Positions 17,451-26,275 of a stretch of 59,292 nucleotides of DNA are shown here, piece after piece; position 1 is the first letter of the stretch; each line of letters starts with the position of its first letter. Below the pieces are notes generated by a model. That model was not told the DNA's origin. It was given only the letters and a program-made list of their open reading frames with translations, and made no database searches. The DNA is from Bacteroidota bacterium (GTDB taxonomy: Bacteria; Bacteroidota; Bacteroidia; Flavobacteriales; Flavobacteriaceae): positions 1 to 59,292 of the forward strand of contig JBCBZA010000001.1 in the NCBI GenBank assembly GCA_039815575.1. The letters are read 5' to 3'. The translations under genes and the position numbers were made by a program.

Positions 17451-18173
17451 TTACAGTATGATCATTTCAATAAAGTTCGTCGAAAAATTAATTAGGTTGT
17501 GAAAAATAATGGCTGGTAAAATACTCTTACTAGCATAGGTCATCCAACCCAAAATATACCCCAATATCCCTGTGATAACAAATGCATCAAAAGCAAATTC
17601 AAATACCCAATTTTGAAGAAAAACGGAATGGCCAAGTGCAAAAATCAAAGTAGTAGCCCAAATAGTTGGATGTCCAAACCTAAATTTACCTTTATTGACT
17701 ACAGGCACCAAAAGTCCAATTACAATTCCGCGCCATAATTCTTCATCGAGACCTGGCATGGTAATTTGATAAAAAAGAATTTCCAAATTCAACTCTTTGC
17801 TTTGGGAAAATACCAGAGTTAATCCCACCATAACGCTGGCTGTTATCAATCCTACTGCTGCTATTTTTTTATATGACCTTTTAGCCGCAATCGAGAAGAC
17901 ATAATCGTGTTCTTCAAAATGCCTTCGTGCAATAATGTAAAAAATTATTGAAAACAAAATCGTCAGGATTTTTCCTGTCCAATTCATTAGGGTGTCCGAA
18001 ATAGATAAAAAACTATACGCAATGGGAAGAAATAACAGTATCACATAGAATACATGATATAAAAATGTTAAAAGGCCATTTTTAATGAAGTTCCTTTTGT
18101 TCCCCTTAAAAAGGAAAATAATCCCCAATGCCCCTATCAATACCACTAAGGTGAGTATTACCTGTTCTGTCAT
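17451..18173 (-). CDS. CPBP (Abi/CAAX) family intramembrane glutamic endopeptidase
   Basis: Motifs EELWRG, FALGH and HNLIN in a multi-TM protein. ATG at 18173 preferred. Confidence 0.85.
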   Translation of the reverse strand: MTEQVILTLVVLIGALGIIFLFKGNKRNFIKNGLLTFLYHVFYVILLFLPIAYSFLSISDTLMNWTGKILTILFSIIFYIIARRHFEEHDYVFSIAAKRSYKKIAAVGLITASVMVGLTLVFSQSKELNLEILFYQITMPGLDEELWRGIVIGLLVPVVNKGKFRFGHPTIWATTLIFALGHSVFLQNWVFEFAFDAFVITGILGYILGWMTYASKSILPAIIFHNLINFSTNFIEMIIL

Positions 18174-18327
18174 ATTATTTTTAAAATGGGAAGGTAGATA
18201 TGAAGGCTTTATTAAGAATAAGTTTTGTTGTATCAAAATTGATTTCAGGACTTATACTACCCTTTTGTTAACATTTAATCGAAAATTAAATTTCAAAATT
18301 TGAAAATCAATCAAAACGTTTTACGGC

Positions 18328-19107
18328 ATGAAATCAGTAAAAAACATATTTCCCATAGTTACAACAGTGCTACTTACAATTAATGCTATTCTTCTTATAA
18401 TAGTTTTTGGGGGGGTAAACAAGATTAAAAAGTTTGAAGAAATTGATGTTGAACGGATAAATATTGTGGAACCAGATGGAACACTTAAACTAGCTTTATT
18501 CAGTTCCTCAAAACTTAGAAGGGGACTCGATGGCGATAAACGAAAAGGTGCGGGTACAATTTCAGGAATTTGGTTTTATAATGAAGAGGGTTATGAAACG
18601 GGAGGCTTGGTTTTTGATGGTAAGAGTATATCCGGGGGTCAGAACTCGGGTGTCAGTCTCACCTTTGATGGTTACAGACAAGATCAGACCATAGCAATAC
18701 AACATAATGAGAAAAAGGACAGTATCAATAGCTATTACGAAGATGGTATACAAATCATGTCCAGGCCCGATTTTACTGATGTTAAAGAAGAATATGACTT
18801 CTACAAACTTAAATATCCGGATACTTTCGGCGATGAAAATACGCCAAGACTTACCAAGGAGATTATAGATTCAATCGACCTAGAACTAGCTCGAGACTAT
18901 AAGGTAGCAAAAAAAAGAATCTATTTAGGAAATCAAAGAGGGGATCTTGGACAGGGTTGGTTCGATAATTCTGGCCTTTACATTAAAAACAAATATGGAA
19001 AAGATATGATCCGTATTTACGTAGATAAAAAGAACACTCCAAAATTTGAAGTTTTAGATTCCCTAGGGAATATGGTTAAGTACAATCTAATCCCGGAAAT
19101 CAGATAA
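18328..19107 (+). CDS. Hypothetical protein with N-terminal membrane anchor, beta-rich
   Basis: 259-aa ORF with one N-terminal TM segment. Contains FEEIDVERINIVEPDGTL and GIWFYNEEGYETGGL. Function unknown. Confidence 0.75.
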   Translation: MKSVKNIFPIVTTVLLTINAILLIIVFGGVNKIKKFEEIDVERINIVEPDGTLKLALFSSSKLRRGLDGDKRKGAGTISGIWFYNEEGYETGGLVFDGKSISGGQNSGVSLTFDGYRQDQTIAIQHNEKKDSINSYYEDGIQIMSRPDFTDVKEEYDFYKLKYPDTFGDENTPRLTKEIIDSIDLELARDYKVAKKRIYLGNQRGDLGQGWFDNSGLYIKNKYGKDMIRIYVDKKNTPKFEVLDSLGNMVKYNLIPEIR

Positions 19108-19190
19108 AAGTAAAATTGAGGCAAGTAATTTTAAGCAGATCGTGATATTTTAACTTTATGGCACTTGTACTTTTCCATAACTTCCCGCCC

Positions 19191-19646
19191 ATGAAAATTA
19201 GAATCGCGATTCAACCAGACTTACCTGAGATTATTCATATGCTTGCCAATGATAAATTAGGTAGTAAAAGGGAACATTTTGAAAATCCATTACCTAAATC
19301 TTATCTAAAGGCTTTTGAATGCATTGATGTCGATCCCAACCAAGAATTAGTGGTAATGGAAGATGATTTGGGAAATGTTGTCGGAACCCTTCAACTGTCC
19401 TTTCTACAATATCTGACCTATCAGGGTAAAATACGTGCCCAGATTGAACAAGTTCGAATTCGTGAAAATCAACGTGGGAAAAGTCTTGGTAAACAACTTT
19501 TTGAATGGGCAATTCGTCGCGCACAAGAAAAAGGTGCCCATGTGGTACAACTGACAACTGATAAAAAAAGACCTGAGGCTTTAAAATTCTATGAAAATCT
19601 TGGGTTTAAAGCTTCTCATGAAGGAATGAAATTACACCTGGTCTAA
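19191..19646 (+). CDS. GNAT family N-acetyltransferase
   Basis: Motifs IEQVRIRENQRGKSLG, VQLTTDKKR, ALKFYENLGF. Confidence 0.9.
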   Translation: MKIRIAIQPDLPEIIHMLANDKLGSKREHFENPLPKSYLKAFECIDVDPNQELVVMEDDLGNVVGTLQLSFLQYLTYQGKIRAQIEQVRIRENQRGKSLGKQLFEWAIRRAQEKGAHVVQLTTDKKRPEALKFYENLGFKASHEGMKLHLV

Positions 19647-19761
19647 ATGAAACCTCTTAAATTGTTTAGGTATTCCTAACTATTAACAAACAATTTTATC
19701 GATTCCATTTTAAAATAACCCTTCCTTTCCCTATTTTGCAATTTCTTTACAGTAACTTACT

Positions 19762-21531
19762 ATGACTTCAGTAACCAGACTATTCGATTTCCCGTATTAT
19801 CAAAAGGAAAAATATGATTTAGAAAAAGCTCTTGTAACCAAGAAAAATGGGCAGTGGGAGGCTACCTCGACTCAAGAATATCTTGATAAGGCCAATGCCA
19901 TTAGCCGTGGGTTATTGCGAATGGGGGTCAAGAAGGACGATAAAATTGCCATCATTTCGATGACCAATAGGACCGAATGGAACATTATGGATATTGGGGT
20001 TTTACAAACGGGTGCGCAGACCGTTCCAATCTATCCCACCATCTCAAAGGAGGATTATGAATACGTACTCAATCATTCAGAGGCAACATATTGCTTCGTT
20101 TCCTGTAATGATGTACTTCAAAAGGTGCTGGCCATTAGTTCCAAGGTAAAGAAACTAAAAGATGTGTATTCCTTCAACGACTTGGAAAACTGTAACCATT
20201 GGAGCGAAGTACTCGAAAAAGGAAAAGACGAATCAAATCAAGATGAAGTGGAAGCCCGCAAAGCCGCGGTGCAGCCAGATGATCTTGCTACATTTATATA
20301 TACTTCTGGGACCACTGGTAGACCAAAGGGAGTAATGTTATCCCATAACAATATCGTTTCCAACGTCATTGCCAGTGAAAGAAGGGTACCGCTAAAAGCA
20401 AATGCAGCAGCGTTAAGTTTCTTGCCGGTATGTCACATTTTTGAGCGCATGATTCTTTATCTATACCAATATTGTGGTATTCACATCTATTTCGCAGAAG
20501 GATTGGATAAAATTTCTGACAATGCCAAAGAAATCAATCCCAATGTAATGACCGTGGTACCGCGATTATTGGAAAAAGTCTATGACGCCATTGTCGGAAA
20601 AGGCGAAGAATTGGAAGGCATCAAGAAAAAACTGTTCTTTTGGGCGGTAAACCTCGGTTTAAAGTTTGAACCCTATGGTAAAAATGGATGGTGGTACGAA
20701 AAGAAACTTGGGCTCGCCCGAAAATTAATTTTCAGCAAATGGAAAGACGCCTTGGGAGGTGAAGTTGAAATGTTGGTTTCTGGAAGTGCAGCCTTACAAC
20801 CAAGGTTGGCACGTGTGTTTGGAGCTGCAGGGATGCCCGTTATGGAAGGGTATGGACTAACGGAAACCTCTCCTGTAATTTCAGTGAATGAACAAGCCAA
20901 TAAAGGTTGGAAAATTGGCTCTGTGGGAAGGGTCATTGATGGTGTTGAAGTCAAAATTGCCGATGACGGTGAAATTTTATGCAAAGGACCCAATGTCATG
21001 AAAGGTTATTTTAAGGACCCTGAAAAAACGGCCGAAGTATTAAAAGATGGTTATTTTCATACTGGGGATATCGGCGAGATTGGTTCGGATGGTATCCTAA
21101 AAATAACGGATCGCAAAAAGGAGATGTTCAAAACCTCGGGTGGAAAATACGTGGCACCGCAATTGCTGGAAAATCGCTTCAAACAATCCCGCTTCATTGA
21201 ACAAATCATGGTTGTTGGCGAAGGAGAAAAAATGCCAGGTGCCTTAATACAGCCCAATTTCGACATGCTACAATCGTGGTGCGAGCAAAATGATGTTACC
21301 ATCGGTCAAAATTCTGACGTTGTTGTCAACGATAAGGTTATTGCCATGATGCAAGTAGAGGTTGACGAGGCCAACTCAGATTTCGCCAAATGGGAAAAAG
21401 TCAAACAATTTCGAATGACCCCAGACGTATGGAGTATTGATGATGGACATATGACGCCTACTATGAAACTTCGAAGAAAAATAATTAAGGAAAAGTATAT
21501 GGACCTATATAATAACATTTACGGTCGATAA
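19762..21531 (+). CDS. fadD: Long-chain fatty acid--CoA ligase
   Basis: Motifs YTSGTTGRPKG, EGYGLTETSP, FHTGDIG, ITDRKKEMFKTSGGKYVAP. Confidence 0.92.
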   Translation: MTSVTRLFDFPYYQKEKYDLEKALVTKKNGQWEATSTQEYLDKANAISRGLLRMGVKKDDKIAIISMTNRTEWNIMDIGVLQTGAQTVPIYPTISKEDYEYVLNHSEATYCFVSCNDVLQKVLAISSKVKKLKDVYSFNDLENCNHWSEVLEKGKDESNQDEVEARKAAVQPDDLATFIYTSGTTGRPKGVMLSHNNIVSNVIASERRVPLKANAAALSFLPVCHIFERMILYLYQYCGIHIYFAEGLDKISDNAKEINPNVMTVVPRLLEKVYDAIVGKGEELEGIKKKLFFWAVNLGLKFEPYGKNGWWYEKKLGLARKLIFSKWKDALGGEVEMLVSGSAALQPRLARVFGAAGMPVMEGYGLTETSPVISVNEQANKGWKIGSVGRVIDGVEVKIADDGEILCKGPNVMKGYFKDPEKTAEVLKDGYFHTGDIGEIGSDGILKITDRKKEMFKTSGGKYVAPQLLENRFKQSRFIEQIMVVGEGEKMPGALIQPNFDMLQSWCEQNDVTIGQNSDVVVNDKVIAMMQVEVDEANSDFAKWEKVKQFRMTPDVWSIDDGHMTPTMKLRRKIIKEKYMDLYNNIYGR

Positions 21532-21552
21532 GAACTAATTTAAAAGATAAAG

Positions 21553-21578
21553 AGCCCACCATTGTGTGGGCTTTTTTT
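21553..21578 (+). terminator. Rho-independent terminator after the acyl-CoA ligase gene
   Basis: AGCCCAC-cattgt-GTGGGCT stem-loop followed by a T-run. Confidence 0.8.
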
Positions 21579-21592
21579 ATGTCAAGCTTCAA

Positions 21593-21620
21593 AAATTTAT
21601 TATGCATGCATAATAAATTT
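21593..21620. promoter_or_regulatory. Perfect 28-bp palindrome AAATTTATTATGCATGCATAATAAATTT (likely MarR operator)
   Basis: Exact inverted repeat ending 3 nt before the -7 element of the marR-fad operon. Confidence 0.7.
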
Positions 21621-21623
21621 CCC

Positions 21624-21631
21624 TATCTTTG
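21624..21631 (+). promoter_or_regulatory. Bacteroidota -7 promoter element TATCTTTG
   Basis: Exact TAnnTTTG match ending 19 nt before the ATG at 21650. Confidence 0.65.
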
Positions 21632-21649
21632 ACCGTCCAAAATAGTTCC

Positions 21650-22099
21650 ATGAAGGATTTGACAATTGATTGGGCCCTAAGGGCAACTTGGCAAGCTGTA
21701 ACTAGAATGTACAATGAGGAAGCCAAGAACTATAACCTTACCATGGCCATAGGTTTTACCTTATTAAGCATAGATTCAAAGAAAGGAACCCCAAGCACCT
21801 CTCTCGGACCACGTATGGGCATGGAATCTACAAGTCTTTCCAGGATTCTAAAAAGCATAGAGGAACGGGGATATATTGAACGTAGGCCCAATCCCAAAGA
21901 TGGCCGTGGGGTTCTCATCCATTTAACGGCACTTGGATTGGAAAAACGGAAGGAATCCAAAGAAGTAGTATTGCGCTTCAATGAAGCAGTTCGAGAACAT
22001 CTGAACGATAAAGACTTAGAAGGTTTTTACAGAACCACTGAGATTATCAATCGACTTATTCTGGACAGAAAAATTTACACAAAAACAACAACCGAATAA
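21650..22099 (+). CDS. MarR family transcriptional regulator
   Basis: Winged HTH (STSLSRILKSIEERGYIERRPNPKDGRGVLIHLT). ATG at 21650 preferred because the TTG at 21629 lies inside the promoter element. Confidence 0.9.
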   Translation: MKDLTIDWALRATWQAVTRMYNEEAKNYNLTMAIGFTLLSIDSKKGTPSTSLGPRMGMESTSLSRILKSIEERGYIERRPNPKDGRGVLIHLTALGLEKRKESKEVVLRFNEAVREHLNDKDLEGFYRTTEIINRLILDRKIYTKTTTE

Positions 22100-22114
22100 A
22101 ACGTAAAACGTAAC

Positions 22115-24520
22115 ATGAAAAGGCATATCAACAAAGTTGCCGTTGTCGGTTCCGGTATTATGGGAAGTGGTATTGCATGCCACTTTGCCAATATTGGAGT
22201 TGAAGTATTGCTCTTGGATATTGTACCAAGGGAATTAAATGATAAAGAGAAGGCCAAAGGGCTGTCCTTAGATGACAAAGTGGTTAGAAACCGCTTGGTC
22301 AATGAGGCACTTGCCAAAGCATTAAAATCGAAGCCTTCCCCCATTTACCATAAAAAGTTTTCAAATCGAATCACTACGGGAAACCTGGAAGACGATATCT
22401 CAAAAGTGAAGGATGTCGATTGGATTATTGAGGTCGTCGTCGAGCGATTGGATATTAAGAAACAAGTATTTGAAAATCTGGAAAAGTACAGAACTCAGGG
22501 GACATTGATCACTTCAAATACCTCAGGAATTCCCATCCAGTTCATGAGTGAAGGGCGAAGTGATGACTTTCAAAAACACTTCTGCGGAACTCATTTTTTC
22601 AATCCAGCGCGGTATTTGAAATTGTTTGAAATCATTCCTGGTCCTAAAACCTCAACCGAGGTCCTTGACTTTTTAAACGGGTATGGCGAACAATATTTAG
22701 GAAAAACTTCAGTCCTTGCCAAGGATACACCGGCCTTTATTGGCAATAGAATTGGGACTTTCGGGATTTTCTCACTTTTCCATGCCATGAAGGATCTGGA
22801 TATGACCATTGAAGAGGTAGATAAATTAACCGGTCCCCTTATTGGAAGACCTAAATCTGCCACGTTTAGGACTGTAGACGTCGTGGGCTTGGATACCCTG
22901 GTTCATGTGGGCAATGGTCTCTATGAAAACTGTAAGGAGGATGAACGTCGCGACGTATTTAAAATGCCAGACTTCATCAACACCATGATGGAAAACAAAT
23001 GGTTAGGAAGCAAAACTGGTCAAGGATTTTATAAAAAATCAGTGAGCCCTGAAGGCAAAAGAGAAATCCTTACCCTCGATTTGGGCACTATGGAGTATCG
23101 CTCAAAGAAGAGCGCAAAGTTTGCAACGCTTGAGCTGACCAAATCCATCGATGCTGTTGCGGAACGATTTTCCGTCTTAAGTGATGGGAAAGATAAAGCC
23201 GGCGAATTCTTCAGAAAGAGTTTTGGGGCCCTCTTTTCTTATGCCTCACTGCGTATTCCTGAAATTACTGACGAGCTTTTCAAAATTGATGATGCGACTT
23301 GTGCCGGGTTTGGTTGGGAACACGGTCCATTTCAGATATGGGATGCCATAGGATTGGATAAGGGCATTGAATTTGCGGAAGCAGAGGGATTAAAAGTAGC
23401 TGATTGGGTACATGATATGAAGGCGGCTGGAGTTCCCTCATTCTATACGGTTAAAGATGGAGCCTCCCATTATTATGATATTCCTACCAAGAAAATGGAG
23501 AAAATTCCCGGTCAGGACGCGTTTATTATCCTTAATAATATTAGGAAGTCCAATGAGGTATTTAAAAATAAGGGGGTTGTTATTGAAGATTTGGGTGACG
23601 GCATATTAAATGTAGAGTTCCAATCAAAAATGAACACCATAGGCGCAGACGTACTTATGGGCTTGAACAAGGCCGTTGACATTGCCGAAAGGGATTTTCA
23701 GGGCCTTGTGGTAGGAAATCAAGCGGCTAATTTCTCAGTCGGTGCCAATATCGGTATGATTTTCATGATGGCCGTTGAGCAAGAATATGACGAACTCAAC
23801 ATGGCCATTAAAATGTTTCAGGATACGGTCATGCGTATGCGCTACTCGTCCATCCCTACTGTTGCCGCACCTCATGGTATGACCCTGGGCGGTGGTTGTG
23901 AGATTACGATGCACGCTGATAAAGTGGTGGCCGCTGCTGAAACCTATATTGGTCTTGTGGAATTTGGGGTCGGGGTCATTCCTGGTGGGGGCGGTTCCAA
24001 AGAAATGGCTATGCGAGCAACCGATTCACTTAGAAGCGGGGATGTGGAGCTGAATATCTTACAAGAATATTTCTTGACCATTGGTATGGCCAAGGTATCT
24101 ACCTCAGCGTACGAGGCCTATGATTTGGGTATCCTTCAAAAAGGCAAGGATGTAATTGTGGTCAATAAAGACCGACAAATTGCTACGGCCAAGGCACATG
24201 CCAAATTAATGGCCGAGCAAGGATATACCAAACCACCAGCACGAAAGGATGTCAAGGTACTTGGAAAACAAGCTTTAGGCATGTTTTTAGTAGGCACCGA
24301 CTCCATGGAGGCCAGCAGGTACATTAGCGAACACGATAAAAAGATTGCCAATAAGCTTGCCTATGTAATGGCAGGTGGGGATTTGTCCGAGCCCAGTTAT
24401 GTTTCAGAGCAGTATTTGCTGGATATTGAGCGCGAAGCTTTCTTATCCCTGTGTTCTGAGCGAAAAACATTGGAACGCATACAGCATATGCTCAAAACCG
24501 GTAAACCGTTGCGGAATTAA
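22115..24520 (+). CDS. fadN: 3-hydroxyacyl-CoA dehydrogenase / enoyl-CoA hydratase (FadN type)
   Basis: Motifs VVGSGIMGSGIA, IIEVVVE, SNTSG, THFFNP, and a C-terminal crotonase domain (NFSVGAN, LGGGCE, GLVEFGVG). Confidence 0.93.
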   Translation: MKRHINKVAVVGSGIMGSGIACHFANIGVEVLLLDIVPRELNDKEKAKGLSLDDKVVRNRLVNEALAKALKSKPSPIYHKKFSNRITTGNLEDDISKVKDVDWIIEVVVERLDIKKQVFENLEKYRTQGTLITSNTSGIPIQFMSEGRSDDFQKHFCGTHFFNPARYLKLFEIIPGPKTSTEVLDFLNGYGEQYLGKTSVLAKDTPAFIGNRIGTFGIFSLFHAMKDLDMTIEEVDKLTGPLIGRPKSATFRTVDVVGLDTLVHVGNGLYENCKEDERRDVFKMPDFINTMMENKWLGSKTGQGFYKKSVSPEGKREILTLDLGTMEYRSKKSAKFATLELTKSIDAVAERFSVLSDGKDKAGEFFRKSFGALFSYASLRIPEITDELFKIDDATCAGFGWEHGPFQIWDAIGLDKGIEFAEAEGLKVADWVHDMKAAGVPSFYTVKDGASHYYDIPTKKMEKIPGQDAFIILNNIRKSNEVFKNKGVVIEDLGDGILNVEFQSKMNTIGADVLMGLNKAVDIAERDFQGLVVGNQAANFSVGANIGMIFMMAVEQEYDELNMAIKMFQDTVMRMRYSSIPTVAAPHGMTLGGGCEITMHADKVVAAAETYIGLVEFGVGVIPGGGGSKEMAMRATDSLRSGDVELNILQEYFLTIGMAKVSTSAYEAYDLGILQKGKDVIVVNKDRQIATAKAHAKLMAEQGYTKPPARKDVKVLGKQALGMFLVGTDSMEASRYISEHDKKIANKLAYVMAGGDLSEPSYVSEQYLLDIEREAFLSLCSERKTLERIQHMLKTGKPLRN

Positions 24521-24525
24521 TTTGT

Positions 24526-25062
24526 ATGTCCAGTAGCAGAGCTGATCGCCTTCAGATTATTGGAACCATTATGGCGCTGGTTATTAGCATCATAGCCATG
24601 GTCACTTCCATTTATGAAGCAGGTATTATGAAATCACAACAAAAATCAATGGTATGGCCCTATTTAAGTGTATCACAACAATATAATAGTGAGGGTTTCG
24701 GAATCAAAATTACGAACAAAGGTACAGGGCCCGCCATTGTAACCTCAGTGCAACTGGACTATAAGGGTATGCCCATGGAAAATGTGGATGTGCTAATGGA
24801 TTCATTGAACCCCGATAGGACATTTGGATATGATATTTTAAGGAACAGCACTATCGGTAATCACGTATTTACCTCAGGGGAAGAGATGATGCTATTTGGA
24901 TTGCCCTATAATGACGAAACCCGAGTTGTTGTAGAGAATATCCCAAAAATTAGGATGCGAGTGGGTTATAAATCAGTTTTGGATGAATACTGGTATTACG
25001 ACTCCGAAGACGATAGGCATTATAAAGAAGAATTTAAAGCTATAACAGAATTTAAAAATTAA
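24526..25062 (+). CDS. Hypothetical membrane-anchored protein inside the fad operon
   Basis: 178 aa with one N-terminal TM, VWPYL and NKGTGPAIV. Gaps to neighbours are 5 nt and 3 nt. Confidence 0.75.
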   Translation: MSSSRADRLQIIGTIMALVISIIAMVTSIYEAGIMKSQQKSMVWPYLSVSQQYNSEGFGIKITNKGTGPAIVTSVQLDYKGMPMENVDVLMDSLNPDRTFGYDILRNSTIGNHVFTSGEEMMLFGLPYNDETRVVVENIPKIRMRVGYKSVLDEYWYYDSEDDRHYKEEFKAITEFKN

Positions 25063-25065
25063 AAA

Positions 25066-26256
25066 ATGAAAACGGCATATATAGTCAAAGGATATAGAAC
25101 AGCTGTTGGCAAGTCCAAAAGAGGGGGGTTCCGCTTTAAAAGGGCGGATGAATTGGCCGCTGAAACCATAGAATATTTGATGGCCCAATTACCCGATTTT
25201 GATAAAAAACGCATTGATGATGTCATTGTTGGCAATGCAATGCCCGAAGGGTCCCAAGGTCTGAATATGGCCCGTTTGATTTCTTTAATGGGACTTGATA
25301 TTGTGGATGTGCCAGGGGTTACCGTGAATCGTTTCTGCTCTTCTGGACTGGAGACCATAGGGATTGCTACGGCTAAAATTCAAGCCGGAATGGCCGATTG
25401 TATTATCGCAGGTGGTGTTGAAAGCATGAGCTCAGTACCTATGACCGGATTCAAAACGGAACTCAATTATGACTTGGTAAAGTCTGGTCATGAAGATTAT
25501 TACTGGGGTATGGGAAATACCGCCGAAGCTGTAGCGCAGGAATACAACGTATCCCGTGAGGACCAGGATGAATTTGCCTATAACTCCCATATGAAGGCAT
25601 TAAAAGCCTTGGATGAAGACCGTTTCCAAGATCAAATAGCCCCCATTGAGGTAGAGGAAACCTTTGTCAACCCAACAGGTAAAAAAGCGAATAGAACGTT
25701 TACCATTACCAAGGATGAAGGCCCAAGAAGGGGTACTTCTAAGGAGGCTTTGGCCAAATTACGTCCCGTATTTGCTGCCAATGGAAGTGTGACAGCCGGA
25801 AACTCTTCGCAAACGAGTGACGGAGCCGCTTTTGTACTGGTAATGAGTGAAGAAATGGTCAAAGATCTAAATCTTGAACCTGAAGCGAGATTGGTAAGTT
25901 ATGCTGCGGCCGGTGTTCCCCCAAGAATTATGGGAATTGGTCCAGTGGCTGCCGTACCAAAAGCGCTAAAGCAAGCTGGGATGAAACAAGATAGCATAGA
26001 ATTAATAGAGCTGAACGAAGCCTTTGCCTCCCAGTCCTTGGCCGTAATCCGTGAATTGGGCCTCAACAATGATATCGTAAATGTGAATGGTGGTGCCATA
26101 GCCCTTGGACACCCGTTGGGTTGTACTGGAGCGAAGCTTTCGGTTCAATTGTTTGACGAGATGCGCAAACAGAACATGCAAGGAAAACATGGTATGGTGA
26201 CCATGTGTGTAGGGACGGGACAAGGCGCTGCAGGAATTTTTGAATTTTTAAATTAA
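25066..26256 (+). CDS. fadA: Acetyl-CoA C-acyltransferase (thiolase)
   Basis: Motifs [30 protein letters not shown]. Confidence 0.95.
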   Translation: MKTAYIVKGYRTAVGKSKRGGFRFKRADELAAETIEYLMAQLPDFDKKRIDDVIVGNAMPEGSQGLNMARLISLMGLDIVDVPGVTVNRFCSSGLETIGIATAKIQAGMADCIIAGGVESMSSVPMTGFKTELNYDLVKSGHEDYYWGMGNTAEAVAQEYNVSREDQDEFAYNSHMKALKALDEDRFQDQIAPIEVEETFVNPTGKKANRTFTITKDEGPRRGTSKEALAKLRPVFAANGSVTAGNSSQTSDGAAFVLVMSEEMVKDLNLEPEARLVSYAAAGVPPRIMGIGPVAAVPKALKQAGMKQDSIELIELNEAFASQSLAVIRELGLNNDIVNVNGGAIALGHPLGCTGAKLSVQLFDEMRKQNMQGKHGMVTMCVGTGQGAAGIFEFLN

Positions 26257-26275
26257 TACTTACAAAATAATTGCA

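Noticed and set aside
21629-21649. TTG start for the MarR gene given by the ORF track
   Set aside because: It overlaps the TATCTTTG -7 promoter element. The ATG at 21650 is more plausible.
22097-22113. Short tandem AAAACGT-AAAACGT before fadN
   Set aside because: Two copies of a 7-mer in an A-rich translation initiation region are not distinguishable from chance.
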